Shown piece after piece: positions 27,484 to 37,311 of a stretch of 46,396 nt of DNA. This stretch comes from Candidatus Omnitrophota bacterium (GTDB lineage: Bacteria > Omnitrophota > Gorgyraeia > Gygaellales > Profunditerraquicolaceae). The stretch covers positions 1-46,396 of the forward strand of contig JADHYK010000003.1 of the NCBI GenBank assembly GCA_016782485.1. Direction: 5' to 3'. Within the stretch, counting starts at the first letter, position 1. Each line of letters starts with the position of its first letter. The notes under the pieces are model-generated. The model was not told the origin of the DNA, made no database searches, and saw nothing but the letters and a program-made list of their open reading frames with translations. Made by a program: the position numbers and the translations under genes.

Positions 27484-28334
27484 AGGCAGTCCGCGGCATA
27501 AAACAGATGGTGGCAGCGGCCAAAATAATCAAAGCCAAAGGCAAAACAGTCGGCTTTGTGCCGACGATGGGCGCGTTGCATGAGGCCCATCTTGGTTTAA
27601 TCCGCCGGGCGCAGAGAGATAATGATTTTACGGTAGTAAGCATATTTGTAAATCCGGCGCAATTCGCCCCCGCCGAAGATTTTAAGAAATACCCCAGAGA
27701 CATAAAAGGCGATGCCCGGCTTTGTAAAAAAGAGGGGGTGGATATCCTGTTTTGCCCCACGGTAAAAGAGATGTATCCGGAAGATTTCAGCAGTTTTGTT
27801 GAGGTAAAGGGTTTAAGCGGCGTTCTTTGCGGGAAATCGCGCCCAGGGCATTTCAGGGGAGTTGCCACCATCGTCACCAAGCTTTTTAATATCGTCAGCC
27901 CTGACGTCGCTTATTTCGGGCAGAAGGATGCCCAGCAGGCGCTAATCATAAAAAGATTAGTCCGGGATTTAAATCTACCGGTTAAAATAAAGGTTCTGCC
28001 GATTATCCGCGACAAGGACGGGTTGGCCCTGAGTTCGAGGAATAGGTATCTAAGCGGTGCAGAGAGAAAGGACGCATCAGTTCTCTTTTCGGCGCTAAAG
28101 CTGGCCAGAGGTTTAGTTAATAAAGGGATCAGGGATCCGCGCGAAATAGTCAGGAGAGTTTCCGGGCTGATTAAGACAAAAAAGAAAGCCAGGATTGATT
28201 ACGTATCCGTTGTGGACTTAGGGAATTTTGGGCCGGTTAAAAAGATAAAGGATAATTGCCTGATTGCTTTGGCGGTCTGGCTGGGGGAGACAAGGTTGAT
28301 TGATAATATAATAATATCGGGTAAGAGAAATTAA
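27480..28334 (+). CDS. panC: Pantoate-beta-alanine ligase
   Basis: FVPTMGALHEAH, SIFVNPAQF, FGQKDAQQ, GLALSSRN and RLIDN. Confidence 0.97.
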   Translation: MKAVRGIKQMVAAAKIIKAKGKTVGFVPTMGALHEAHLGLIRRAQRDNDFTVVSIFVNPAQFAPAEDFKKYPRDIKGDARLCKKEGVDILFCPTVKEMYPEDFSSFVEVKGLSGVLCGKSRPGHFRGVATIVTKLFNIVSPDVAYFGQKDAQQALIIKRLVRDLNLPVKIKVLPIIRDKDGLALSSRNRYLSGAERKDASVLFSALKLARGLVNKGIRDPREIVRRVSGLIKTKKKARIDYVSVVDLGNFGPVKKIKDNCLIALAVWLGETRLIDNIIISGKRN

Positions 28335-28338
28335 GGGT

Positions 28339-29169
28339 ATGGGTAAGAGCAAGAGGTTAAAAATAGGCATTGTCGGTTGCGGCGCTATCGGCAGTTCCAT
28401 GGCAAAGTTCATCGTCAAGAAGCTTTTCTCCCAGGCGCAGCTATCCGCACTTTATGACCTGGATGCCTCAAAGATTAAGAAGCTTGCAAAGTCAGTTTCT
28501 AAAAAAAGGGATTTAGCGGCGGGGAGCCTCGGGGATTTGATTGCCGAATCTCAATTGGTAGTCGAGGCGGCTTCTGCACTAAGCTCGCGGGAGATTGCCC
28601 GGCGCGCCTTGTCTATGGGCCGCGATGTTATGATTATGAGCACAGGGGGCGTTGCCGGCAGCCTTAAGGAATTAAGCCTGCTGGCAAAGAAGAATAACGC
28701 CAGGGTTTACATCCCAAGCGGGGCTATCTGTGGGGTGGATGCCCTGAAGGCCGCCAAGTTAGGCAGGATTAAAAGCGTTACTTTGACCACGCGCAAAAAC
28801 CCGCGCTCTTTTAAAGGGGTCAAATATGTAGAGGAGCGCAGGATAAAACTTGCCGGGATAAAGAAAGAGACGGTATTATTTTCCGGTTCGGCCAGAGAGG
28901 CGGTAAGGCATTTTCCTCAGAACATCAACGTTGCCGCCGTATTAAGCCTTGCAGGTATCGGCCAGGACAGGACGCTGGTTAGATTGATTGCTTCACCCGG
29001 GACAAAAAGAAACATTCACGAAATTAAAATAGAGTCCGCCTCCGGAGATATCAGCACGCGCACGCAAAACCTATTGCATCCGGACAACCCCAAGACTAGC
29101 TTTTTAGCGGTATTGTCGGCGATGGCTGCCCTGAGGCAGATTCTGGAGCCGGTGAGGATAGGGACTTAA
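28339..29169 (+). CDS. nadX: L-aspartate dehydrogenase (NAD biosynthesis)
   Basis: GCGAIG, PSGAICGVDA, FPQNINVAA and NPKTS. Confidence 0.88.
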   Translation: MGKSKRLKIGIVGCGAIGSSMAKFIVKKLFSQAQLSALYDLDASKIKKLAKSVSKKRDLAAGSLGDLIAESQLVVEAASALSSREIARRALSMGRDVMIMSTGGVAGSLKELSLLAKKNNARVYIPSGAICGVDALKAAKLGRIKSVTLTTRKNPRSFKGVKYVEERRIKLAGIKKETVLFSGSAREAVRHFPQNINVAAVLSLAGIGQDRTLVRLIASPGTKRNIHEIKIESASGDISTRTQNLLHPDNPKTSFLAVLSAMAALRQILEPVRIGT

Positions 29170-29294
29170 GTGAGGCCATAAGTTATGGAGCGTAAGCGAA
29201 CATAACTTATCTGGCCGAACTTATCCGCCGTAGGCGGATTTAATTCACACAATAACTTACTCACACTGACGTGTTCGTAAGTTATGTGTTCATT
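29170..29294. repeat. Back-to-back module-B elements flanking ATCCGCCGTAGGCGGAT (copy 5)
   Basis: GTGAGGCC-ATAAGTTATG..CATAACTTAT-ctGGCCGAAC (29170-220); palindrome at 29223-39; TTCACACA-ATAACTTAC..GTAAGTTAT-GTGTTCA (29244-292). Confidence 0.88.
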
Positions 29295-29317
29295 AAAGAG
29301 AGGGGGTGAATCAGAAT

Positions 29318-29560
29318 ATGGCAGAGAAATTAGTAAAGCTGGGAATCAAAAGGCAGAAAGGTTACCTTTACTTCATCGATAAGCAGGGTGATGTCTCTTG
29401 CGCCAAGATGGCCAGAGGCAAACGTAAAGGCGGCGGCCGCAAAAAGGTAGCAAAGTGCGGCATCAAGAGAAAAGAGGGATACCTTTATTTTCTTGATAAG
29501 AAAGGCGATGTCTCCTGCGCCAAGATGAAAAGAGGCGGAAAGAAGAGAAAGAAAAGATAA
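29318..29560 (+). CDS. Small, highly basic protein with two GIKRxxGYLYF(I/L)DKxGDVSCAKM repeats
   Basis: Internal duplication is visible in both protein and DNA; GGGGGTGA RBS before ATG 29318. Confidence 0.85.
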   Translation: MAEKLVKLGIKRQKGYLYFIDKQGDVSCAKMARGKRKGGGRKKVAKCGIKRKEGYLYFLDKKGDVSCAKMKRGGKKRKKR

Positions 29561-29570
29561 GCGCAGTGTC

Positions 29571-29626
29571 AAAAGAGTAGCCCCTGTAATAGTTTTTTGA
29601 TCCGTGGTTTACAGGGGCTTACTTTT
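29571..29626 (+). terminator. Possible terminator/attenuator hairpin before uvrA
   Basis: GCCCCTGTAA ... TTACAGGGGC flanked by AAAAG / CTTTT; the loop is large. Confidence 0.45.
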
Positions 29627-29632
29627 CATAAA

Positions 29633-32503
29633 ATGCAGAACGAGTCCATCATTATTCATGGTGCAAAAGAGCACAACCTAAAAGATATAAACCTTAGGCT
29701 TCCCCGCAATAAACTTATTGTGGTGACCGGCCTCTCGGGTTCGGGAAAGTCCTCTCTGGCATTTGATACGATATATGCCGAAGGCCAGCGCCGTTTTATC
29801 GAGAGCCTTTCCAGTTATGCCCGGCAGTTCCTGGAGCAGTTACAGAAGCCGGATGTGGAATATATCGAGGGGCTCTCGCCTGCTATCGCTATCGAGCAGA
29901 GAAAGGCAGGGGGGAGCCCGCGCTCTACGGTTGCCACCCAGACCGAAATATACGATTACCTGAGGTTGCTCTTTGCCCGTATCGGGAGGGTGCATTGTTA
30001 TCAATGCAACCAGCCTATAGAGCGGCAGAGCTCCCAGGAGATAATAGAGAGGGTAATGCAGCTGCCCGTCGGGTCCGAAATTCAGGTTTTGGCTCCGCTG
30101 GTGCGCGGCAGAAAGGGCGAATACAGGGATATTTTTACCCAGGTCCAGAAATCGGGTTTTGTGCGGGTGCGGGTTGACGCCAGGATTTATGAATTGTCCT
30201 CCTTCGCCAAGGCTTCGGAGGACTATCCGTCGAAGCTGAGCGCAAAAGCAGCTCAGCGAAGGCGGATGCCGCAGAAACTTAAGCTCGCCAAATATAAGAC
30301 TCACAATATTGAAATAGTAGTTGATAGGTTGACGGTGAAGCCCGAAATAAGAAAGCGGCTGACTGATTCCATAGAGACCGCCCTTAAAGTCGGCAAGGGT
30401 ATTGTTATAATTTCCGACCAGAAAAAAGCCATCGACCAAGTTTATAGCGAACAATACGCCTGCACAAAATGCGGCATAAGTTATACGGAGGTGGAGCCGC
30501 GCAATTTCTCCTTTAATTCTCCTTATGGTGCCTGCCCGGAATGCAACGGCCTGGGGACAAAATTGGAATTTGACCCTGATTTAGTTATCCCGGACAGGAA
30601 TAAATCCATAAATGCAGGGGCGATTGCCCCCTGGAAAAGAGGGGGCAGGGGTTATATCCTCTATTACCGTTGGCTGATCAGGGAGCTATCGCGCCGGATA
30701 AGGTTTGACCTGGACCTGCCGTTTAAGAAATTGAGCAGGGAGATTCAGAGGGCGATTATTTACGGCAGTACTGAATTCGTAGGCAGCAAGCCTTTTGAGG
30801 GCGTTATCCCGCATCTTGAGAGGCTCTTTCGTCAGACAGAGAGCGATTACCGCAAGGAAGAGATCTCCCGGTTTATGTCGAGCCTCCCCTGTCCCTTATG
30901 TAACGGTGCCAGACTAAAAAAAGAGAGCCTGGCGGTCAGAATCAATGGCAAGAATATCCGGGAGGTCACAGGTTTTTCTGTAAAAGAAGCCCACCGTTTT
31001 TTTAGCGAATTAAAGTTAGGGCAGAGACAAAAAACTATTGCCCAGCAGGCGCTCAAAGAGATAGCCTCAAGGTTGAAATTCTGTATCAATGTTGGCCTGG
31101 ATTACCTGACTTTAGACAGGAAGAGTTCGACCCTTTCGGGAGGCGAGGCACAGAGGATACGTTTGGCAACGCAGGTAGGTTCGGGCTTAGTAGGAGTCCT
31201 CTATATCCTTGATGAACCCAGTATCGGTTTGCATCAGCGGGATAACGATAAATTACTGGCTACCCTGAAGGCATTGAGGGATTTAGGCAACACCCTGATC
31301 GTCGTAGAGCACGACGAGTCCACCATCTGTGCCTCCGATTACATAGTAGACTTAGGCCCGGGAGCAGGCAGGCATGGCGGAGAGGTGATTTTCTGCGGGA
31401 CAAAACAGGAGTTATTAAAAGACCGGCATTCGCTCACCGCAAAATACCTAAGGAGAGAGCTCAAGATTGAGCCGCCTCTTAAAACCAGGCCCTGGCGCAA
31501 CAGGAAATTTCTGGAGATAAAAGGGGCAAGGGAGCACAATCTTAAAAATATAGATTTAAAATTCCCTCTGGGTACTTTTATTTGCGTTACCGGCGTATCA
31601 GGTTCAGGCAAATCTACCCTTATCGACGAGATATTATACCGCGGCCTGGCGCAGAAACTATATAACTCCAAAGAAAAACCCGGACTGTGCGCAAAAATTA
31701 CGGGCATAGAACATATCGATAAGGTCATCGAGGTTGACCAGTCGCCGATAGGCCGGACCCCGCGCTCAAATCCCTCAACGTATACCGGGGTATTTGCTCA
31801 CATCAGGGAGATATTCAGCAGGCTCCCCGAGGCGCGGGCAAGAGGTTACCGGCCGGGCAGGTTTTCCTTCAACGTCAGGGGCGGCCGTTGCGAGGCATGT
31901 ACAGGCGACGGGATAAAAAAGATTGAAATGCATTTTCTGTCCGATGTCTACGTAAAATGTGATGTCTGTAAAGGCTTAAGGTTTAACCAGGCAACGCTGG
32001 AGGTTAAATATAAAGGCAGGTCCATTGCTGATGTCCTGGAGATGACCGTAGAGGAGGCGCTGGAGGCATTTACGAATATCCCCAGGATAAAGAATACCCT
32101 CGGTTATTTATATGATGTAGGTTTAGGTTATATTCAACTCGGGCAATCCGCCACTACCCTCTCCGGAGGAGAAGCCCAAAGGGTTAAACTCTCTTCGGAA
32201 CTGAGCAGGCGCGCAACGGGCAGGACCCTTTATATTTTAGACGAACCTACGACAGGACTACATTTTGCCGATGTCGCAAAGTTGATCGGCGTGCTTCAGA
32301 GGCTGGTGACCAGTGGCAATACCGTTTTAGTCATAGAGCATAATCTAGAGGTAATAAAATGCGCCGATTATGTCATTGACTTGGGGCCGGAAGGAGGAGA
32401 TAGAGGAGGGGAGGTCGTGATTGCCGGCAGCCCCCAGGAGATAGCTAAATGTGCCAACTCCTATACGGCACAGTTTTTGAGAAAGATATTGAAGGGCGTA
32501 TAA
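29633..32503 (+). CDS. uvrA: Excinuclease ABC subunit A
   Basis: GAKEHNLK, two GxSGSGKS Walker A motifs, two LSGGEAQR signatures and zinc fingers; start at ATG 29633. Confidence 0.98.
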   Translation: MQNESIIIHGAKEHNLKDINLRLPRNKLIVVTGLSGSGKSSLAFDTIYAEGQRRFIESLSSYARQFLEQLQKPDVEYIEGLSPAIAIEQRKAGGSPRSTVATQTEIYDYLRLLFARIGRVHCYQCNQPIERQSSQEIIERVMQLPVGSEIQVLAPLVRGRKGEYRDIFTQVQKSGFVRVRVDARIYELSSFAKASEDYPSKLSAKAAQRRRMPQKLKLAKYKTHNIEIVVDRLTVKPEIRKRLTDSIETALKVGKGIVIISDQKKAIDQVYSEQYACTKCGISYTEVEPRNFSFNSPYGACPECNGLGTKLEFDPDLVIPDRNKSINAGAIAPWKRGGRGYILYYRWLIRELSRRIRFDLDLPFKKLSREIQRAIIYGSTEFVGSKPFEGVIPHLERLFRQTESDYRKEEISRFMSSLPCPLCNGARLKKESLAVRINGKNIREVTGFSVKEAHRFFSELKLGQRQKTIAQQALKEIASRLKFCINVGLDYLTLDRKSSTLSGGEAQRIRLATQVGSGLVGVLYILDEPSIGLHQRDNDKLLATLKALRDLGNTLIVVEHDESTICASDYIVDLGPGAGRHGGEVIFCGTKQELLKDRHSLTAKYLRRELKIEPPLKTRPWRNRKFLEIKGAREHNLKNIDLKFPLGTFICVTGVSGSGKSTLIDEILYRGLAQKLYNSKEKPGLCAKITGIEHIDKVIEVDQSPIGRTPRSNPSTYTGVFAHIREIFSRLPEARARGYRPGRFSFNVRGGRCEACTGDGIKKIEMHFLSDVYVKCDVCKGLRFNQATLEVKYKGRSIADVLEMTVEEALEAFTNIPRIKNTLGYLYDVGLGYIQLGQSATTLSGGEAQRVKLSSELSRRATGRTLYILDEPTTGLHFADVAKLIGVLQRLVTSGNTVLVIEHNLEVIKCADYVIDLGPEGGDRGGEVVIAGSPQEIAKCANSYTAQFLRKILKGV
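30197..30268. repeat. 72-bp double-hairpin insertion in frame in uvrA
   Basis: TCCTCC-TTCGccaaggCTTC-GGAGGA plus ATCCG..GCTGAGC..GCTCAGC..CGGAT; encodes [24 protein letters not shown]. Confidence 0.82.
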
Positions 32504-32530
32504 AGAGGTGATATAGTTATTATAAGAGTT

Positions 32531-32662
32531 AATGACAAATGACAAAGTCCAAAATTCAAAATAAATCCCAAATCCCAAATTCAAAACAGATTTTTTTAAT
32601 TTTATGCCCGGTTTTTATTTTGGCGTTTATGTTTTGTCATTTGAATTTTGGCATTTGGAATT
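32531..32662. repeat. Inverted degenerate heptamer arrays (AAATGAC/AAATCCC/AAATTC type) at the 5' end of the TPR gene
   Basis: aatgaca aatgaca aagtcca aaattca..tcccaaa tcccaaa versus ttttgtcatttgaattttggcatttggaatt. Confidence 0.7.
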
Positions 32663-35097
32663 CTTCCTTGCTGGCGCAAGACAGCAAGGAAGAGGAGGCC
32701 CTTTTTGTCGCTGAGAAGGCTTTCGGGGACGGCTTTTACGAAGTGAGCCTGGAGTTGCTGGAACGTTTTTCAAAAAATTATCCTAATTCCTCCCATCAGC
32801 CGCAGGTGGAGTTACTAATCGGACAGTGTTATTTCTATCAGAACCGCTTTCTTGACGCCCTCAATAAATTTGAAGAGTTGAAAAACAAGCCTGCCGCTAA
32901 AAAAATCAAAGACGCCTCTATCTACTGGATTGCCGAGGTGCATTTTAAAGGGAACAGTTTCAGCAGGGCGGCAAGCTATTATAAAGAGATTATTGATAAT
33001 TTTACGGATTCACCGTATCTGCCTGCCGCCTACTATTCTTTAGGCTGGTGTATGTTTGAGGAAGGAGATTTCCGGGAGGCCCTGGAGTATTTCAGGGCGG
33101 TAGAGAGTAAATTCCCGAAGGAGGCGCGTAAGACCGATGCCGCCTTCAAGGCAATCGAATGCCTTTACAATTTAAAAGATTATACCGGTTTAAAAAAAGA
33201 GATCGGCCCCTATCTTAAACTATATTCCAAGGACCCGAACCGCCTGAGCTATCTTTATTTTTATCTGGCGGAGGCGGATTATTACCTAAAAGATTTCCAT
33301 AAGGCAATCCAGGAGTATTCCCGCGCCCTGGCAGACAGGCCCGGCCGTCCGCAAGGCCAGGAGGATGATAATTTAGAGGCATTAGTCGGTTTGGGCATAG
33401 GCTGGTCATATCTGAAATTAAAGCAATACGTTAAAGCGGAAGAAAGTTTCGCAGGAATCAACCCGGAAAAATTAGAAAAGAGCAGCCGCGATGTTTTATT
33501 ATTGGGCAGGGCGGTATTAATGATAGAGACCGGCAGGGCTAATCAGGCAGAGAAGATTTATTCAGAGTTGATACTTGGCGCTTCAGCGCCTCTGGTTTTA
33601 GTCCAGGGGTATCTGGGTAAGGCCGAGCTTTTATACAGCCAAGGCCTTTACAAAGAGGCGATAAGCCTGTATAGGGAGGCGTTAAGTGAATTTGAGTCCG
33701 CGGATATTCCGGCGGAATTGCTGGATAAGCTGCATTATAACCTGGCCTGGGCTTACCTGAAGGACGGAGAATTCAAGGAAGCCATAAAAACATTTCAGAG
33801 CGTAGCCAAGGAAAGTAATGACAAGATTATCAAGGTAAGCGCCCTCTGTCAGGTAGGGGATGCCTACCAGGATTCGGGCGATTATAGAAGGGCGCAGGCG
33901 ACTTATGATTCCCTGCTCAAGGATTATCCCGACAGTTTTTATAGCGACTACGTCCAGTATCAACTCGGCATTACGATGCTTAAAAGTTCCAATTACGACG
34001 GGGCGGCGATGAGCTTCCTGGCGCTTAAGCGAAACTACCCCCAGTCAAAAATCATGGACGACGCCGCTTATGCCCTGGGCCTGGCTTATTTCCAGAAGCA
34101 GGACTATAACTCAAGCAGGGAGGTCTTTGAAAAATTCGAAGATGAATTTAAAGACAGCAATCTAAAGCCCCAGGCGCTATATTTGCTGGGGACCAGTTTA
34201 TATAATCTGGCTGAATTTGAGGGCTCAATAGAGGCCTTTAAGAAAATAGTCAAGCTTTACACCCGGGACAGAGAGTTGGTCCAGAAGGCAGAATATGAAA
34301 TTGCCGATTGTTTCTACCGGATGGGCGATGAAAAAGAGGCGATGAAAAGATTCAAAGCCTTAGGCGCAAGATATCCCGATTCCAGCCTGGGCCAGGAAAC
34401 GATGTGGTGGCTGGGAGACTATTATTACCGGCATAATGATTTGCCGCAGGCGCGCCGCTATTTTTCGAACCTGATACAGGATTTCCCGCAAAGCAATTTA
34501 CGCATGGATGCCTATTATGCTTTAGGTTCCATTTATGCGCAGGAGTCCCGCAATGATAAGGCGATAGAAAGTTTTAAGCAGGCCATAGAATTGGGTAAGT
34601 CAGACCTTGCTGCCCAGGCGGGCATTGCTATGGCGGATATATACTTAAAAGAGGATAAGGCCGATTTAGCCCTCGATATTTATCAGGGAATCATTACGGA
34701 ATATCCGAACCTTTGCGGTTTAATTTATCCCAAGATGGCGGATTTCTTTGCTAAAGAGACGGATTTTGACCAGGCCTTGGAGTATTACCGCCGCAGCCTG
34801 GATGTGGTGCCGGTAAGGAGTATGCCGGCTATCCAGCTTAAAATTGCCGAAACCATGCAGGCTCAAGGAAAAACCGAAGAGGCGATAGAGGCGTATTTGA
34901 AGACCGCTTACTTATATTCTTCTTCAGAGGACCAGGCCTTTGCGGTAAGGTCGCTTTTACGCGTAGCTGAAATTTACGAAGGCAAAGAAAACTTTCAAGA
35001 GGCGCTTAATGTCTACGCAAAGGTTATTTCTATGAATACGGACGAGGCAAAATACGCCCAGGAGAGGATGGAGTGGATAAAGAAGCATGTTAAATAA
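32539..35097 (+). CDS. Large exported multi-TPR protein (CpoB/YbgF/BamD-like repeats)
   Basis: Signal-peptide-like N-terminus; many TPRs ending in xYPxS; upstream of exbB/exbD. Confidence 0.85.
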   Translation: MTKSKIQNKSQIPNSKQIFLILCPVFILAFMFCHLNFGIWNSSLLAQDSKEEEALFVAEKAFGDGFYEVSLELLERFSKNYPNSSHQPQVELLIGQCYFYQNRFLDALNKFEELKNKPAAKKIKDASIYWIAEVHFKGNSFSRAASYYKEIIDNFTDSPYLPAAYYSLGWCMFEEGDFREALEYFRAVESKFPKEARKTDAAFKAIECLYNLKDYTGLKKEIGPYLKLYSKDPNRLSYLYFYLAEADYYLKDFHKAIQEYSRALADRPGRPQGQEDDNLEALVGLGIGWSYLKLKQYVKAEESFAGINPEKLEKSSRDVLLLGRAVLMIETGRANQAEKIYSELILGASAPLVLVQGYLGKAELLYSQGLYKEAISLYREALSEFESADIPAELLDKLHYNLAWAYLKDGEFKEAIKTFQSVAKESNDKIIKVSALCQVGDAYQDSGDYRRAQATYDSLLKDYPDSFYSDYVQYQLGITMLKSSNYDGAAMSFLALKRNYPQSKIMDDAAYALGLAYFQKQDYNSSREVFEKFEDEFKDSNLKPQALYLLGTSLYNLAEFEGSIEAFKKIVKLYTRDRELVQKAEYEIADCFYRMGDEKEAMKRFKALGARYPDSSLGQETMWWLGDYYYRHNDLPQARRYFSNLIQDFPQSNLRMDAYYALGSIYAQESRNDKAIESFKQAIELGKSDLAAQAGIAMADIYLKEDKADLALDIYQGIITEYPNLCGLIYPKMADFFAKETDFDQALEYYRRSLDVVPVRSMPAIQLKIAETMQAQGKTEEAIEAYLKTAYLYSSSEDQAFAVRSLLRVAEIYEGKENFQEALNVYAKVISMNTDEAKYAQERMEWIKKHVK

Positions 35098-35141
35098 CAG
35101 TTGCTAATATAACCTATATGAACAACGAGGAGGGATAAGCG

Positions 35142-35774
35142 ATGGATCTATACAAGATGAACCTCTGGCAGGTATTTTTATCCGGCGGACCGGTAATGTG
35201 GCCGATTCTACTGTGTTCCATATTTGCTTTGGCTATAGCGCTGGAGAAATTCTGGCATTTGCACAGGATAGGCATAGATACCCAGGAATTTTTGAAGAAT
35301 ATTCTCGATAAAATGAAACGCCATGATACCAAAGAGGCGCTTCAGGTTTGCGATACCACTAAAAGCCCCATTGCCAATATTTTAAAATCCGGCATTTTAA
35401 AGTATGACCGGCCCCGCCCCCAGATAATAGAAGCAATAGAAGACAGCTCACTTTATGAGATACCGCGGATAGAAAAAAACCTTTCCGTGCTTGCGACCAT
35501 AGCTCACGTGGCGCCGCTTTTGGGACTCCTGGGGACGGTTACGGGCATGGTCAGGTGCTTCCAGACTATACAGGCAAAGGCGACCAGCCTGCATCCGGTT
35601 TCACCCGGGGATTTAGCCGGAGGCATCTGGGAGGCGTTATTGACTACGGTTGCCGGATTAATCGTAGCCATACCCACTTTCGTAGCCTACAACTACCTGG
35701 TAAACCGCATAAATAATTTTATCCTGGAGATGGAGAAGGCTTCTACGGAACTGGTTAATTTTTTGACGGAATAA
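35142..35774 (+). CDS. exbB: MotA/TolQ/ExbB proton-channel protein
   Basis: GGPVMWPILLCS, APLLGLLGTVTGM and GIWEALLTTVAGLIVAIP. Confidence 0.9.
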   Translation: MDLYKMNLWQVFLSGGPVMWPILLCSIFALAIALEKFWHLHRIGIDTQEFLKNILDKMKRHDTKEALQVCDTTKSPIANILKSGILKYDRPRPQIIEAIEDSSLYEIPRIEKNLSVLATIAHVAPLLGLLGTVTGMVRCFQTIQAKATSLHPVSPGDLAGGIWEALLTTVAGLIVAIPTFVAYNYLVNRINNFILEMEKASTELVNFLTE

Positions 35775-35797
35775 TCTACGGCTGCAGGAGGTGATAG

Positions 35798-36199
35798 ATG
35801 AGGTTTAAAGGCAGGATGGAGTTAGAGCACGGGTTAAAACAGATAGATATTGCTCCGCTTATAGATATTGTTTTTCAATTGCTCATATTTTTTATGCTTA
35901 CTTCCAGTTTTGTGATGCAGCCCGGGATAAAGGTAAAATTACCCAAGGCGGTTACCAGCGAGGTTATAAAAACGGAGAATATTGAAATACTGGTTACCGG
36001 GGAGAATGTAACTTATCTGAACGGCCAGGTAGTTAATGCGCGGGAATTAAAAAATTTTCTTAAAGCCGCGGCCGCAAGGCAACAGACAATTTTAATCAAG
36101 GCGGACAAGCGCGCCTCTTTAGGCCGGGTGGTTGAAATCTGGGATACTGCCCGGGAGTTAGGCATAACCCAGATAAATATCGCCACCAACCAGGAATGA
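35798..36199 (+). CDS. exbD: ExbD/TolR biopolymer transport protein
   Basis: IAPLIDIVFQLLIFFML, VKLPKA and IKADK. Confidence 0.9.
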   Translation: MRFKGRMELEHGLKQIDIAPLIDIVFQLLIFFMLTSSFVMQPGIKVKLPKAVTSEVIKTENIEILVTGENVTYLNGQVVNARELKNFLKAAAARQQTILIKADKRASLGRVVEIWDTARELGITQINIATNQE

Positions 36200-36822
36200 G
36201 GAATAAGTCCTTAAGAAAAAGCCTATACTTATCTTTATTGGGCCACCTGACTATTTTTAGTATTGTCAGTTTGTCATTTGGCAGCAGAATCCCAAAAGCG
36301 GATTTTACCAGCATATCTTTCTGGGGGACGGTTTTAAGCGGGGCGCAGGTTTGCGCGCCTATTCAGCCAGGGCACAAAGTAGCTTTCAGGCACCAGCCGC
36401 TGGGAACAAAGGCTTCGTATAAATCCAGCTTAAACAAAGTCCCCTTATCGGGATATTACTTGAAACCCCATTCCCGCCCCCTATTAAAGACAGAGAAAAA
36501 AGCTCTGCACAGGATTCTGTTTTCCCTGTCGGCGCCCGCCGGAAGGAAAGAACCGATGATTTTATTCCACCCTTTGCTTCCTTACGGTTTCAGCCTTTAT
36601 TTTAAAGACAGGCAGGTAGCTCATGTTGAACTTATGTTTAATATAGGATCCAGGGCTCTGCGCAATTCTATAGCCGTTAAGAGAAAGATCTCATCCGGCA
36701 ATCTGGAAGTTGATCTTTTATGTATGCGTTATATCGGGCGCTACCTTTTTATAGAACAGGCAAGGTTTGCCCCGGATAAATGGCAGACGGTCAAGATTGA
36801 CCTTTCAAGAAAAGATGATTAG
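36196..36822 (+). CDS. TonB/TolA-like energy transducer candidate
   Basis: N-terminal SLLGH TM motif (SxxxH) and C-terminal ISSGNLEVD resembling the TonB-C SSGxxxLD motif; follows exbBD. Confidence 0.6.
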   Translation: MRNKSLRKSLYLSLLGHLTIFSIVSLSFGSRIPKADFTSISFWGTVLSGAQVCAPIQPGHKVAFRHQPLGTKASYKSSLNKVPLSGYYLKPHSRPLLKTEKKALHRILFSLSAPAGRKEPMILFHPLLPYGFSLYFKDRQVAHVELMFNIGSRALRNSIAVKRKISSGNLEVDLLCMRYIGRYLFIEQARFAPDKWQTVKIDLSRKDD

Positions 36823-37039
36823 CATCGATTTTTCTCAGGCAATAGCGCTCTATATATTTATCTTTATAGATGCGATTTTAATATTCTGGATATTCAGCAG
36901 GAAACAGAAAGACAAGGATTTGACCCTGGATGCAAAATTTATCTGGTTTTGTTCGGTTTGTACTTATACCTATATTAATACCAGGGAAGAGGCCATATCG
37001 ACCTGCCCGCGGTGCGGCAACTATAATAAAAAGAATTGA
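36815..37039 (+). CDS. Small TM + zinc-ribbon protein
   Basis: Hydrophobic N-terminus, then CSVC-x13-CPRC; ATG 36815 overlaps the previous gene. Confidence 0.7.
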   Translation: MISIDFSQAIALYIFIFIDAILIFWIFSRKQKDKDLTLDAKFIWFCSVCTYTYINTREEAISTCPRCGNYNKKN

Positions 37040-37063
37040 CATAACTTTTTTTGAGAATAAAAT
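37036..37063 (+). promoter_or_regulatory. Sigma70-type promoter
   Basis: TTGACA-16-TAAAAT upstream of a GGAGG RBS. Confidence 0.55.
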
Positions 37064-37103
37064 GATAAAGGAGCGAGCATGAGCGAGCGACGCGGAGGTA
37101 AAA

Positions 37104-37310
37104 ATGATTACAGAGATAGGGATAGCTGCCGGTGAAATCTGGCATTTCCTTGATCAGCATGGCGAAACAAGCCTTTCAGTACTTGTAAAAAGTATTGATA
37201 AACATGAGGATATCGTATTAATGAGCCTGGGTTGGCTTGCCCGCGAAGGCCACGTTATCTTACGCCAGACAGATAGCGATTATAAAATAAGCTTGAGAAA
37301 AAATACCTAA
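37104..37310 (+). CDS. Winged-helix protein (DUF2582-like)
   Basis: IGIAAGEIWHFL...MSLGWLAREG signature. Confidence 0.85.
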   Translation: MITEIGIAAGEIWHFLDQHGETSLSVLVKSIDKHEDIVLMSLGWLAREGHVILRQTDSDYKISLRKNT

Positions 37311-37311
37311 C

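Noticed and set aside
33327-33361. Possible GC-rich mini-hairpin insertion in the TPR gene (ADRPGRPQGQ)
   Set aside because: Only a 6-bp inverted repeat without the family signature; it cannot be separated from chance without an alignment.
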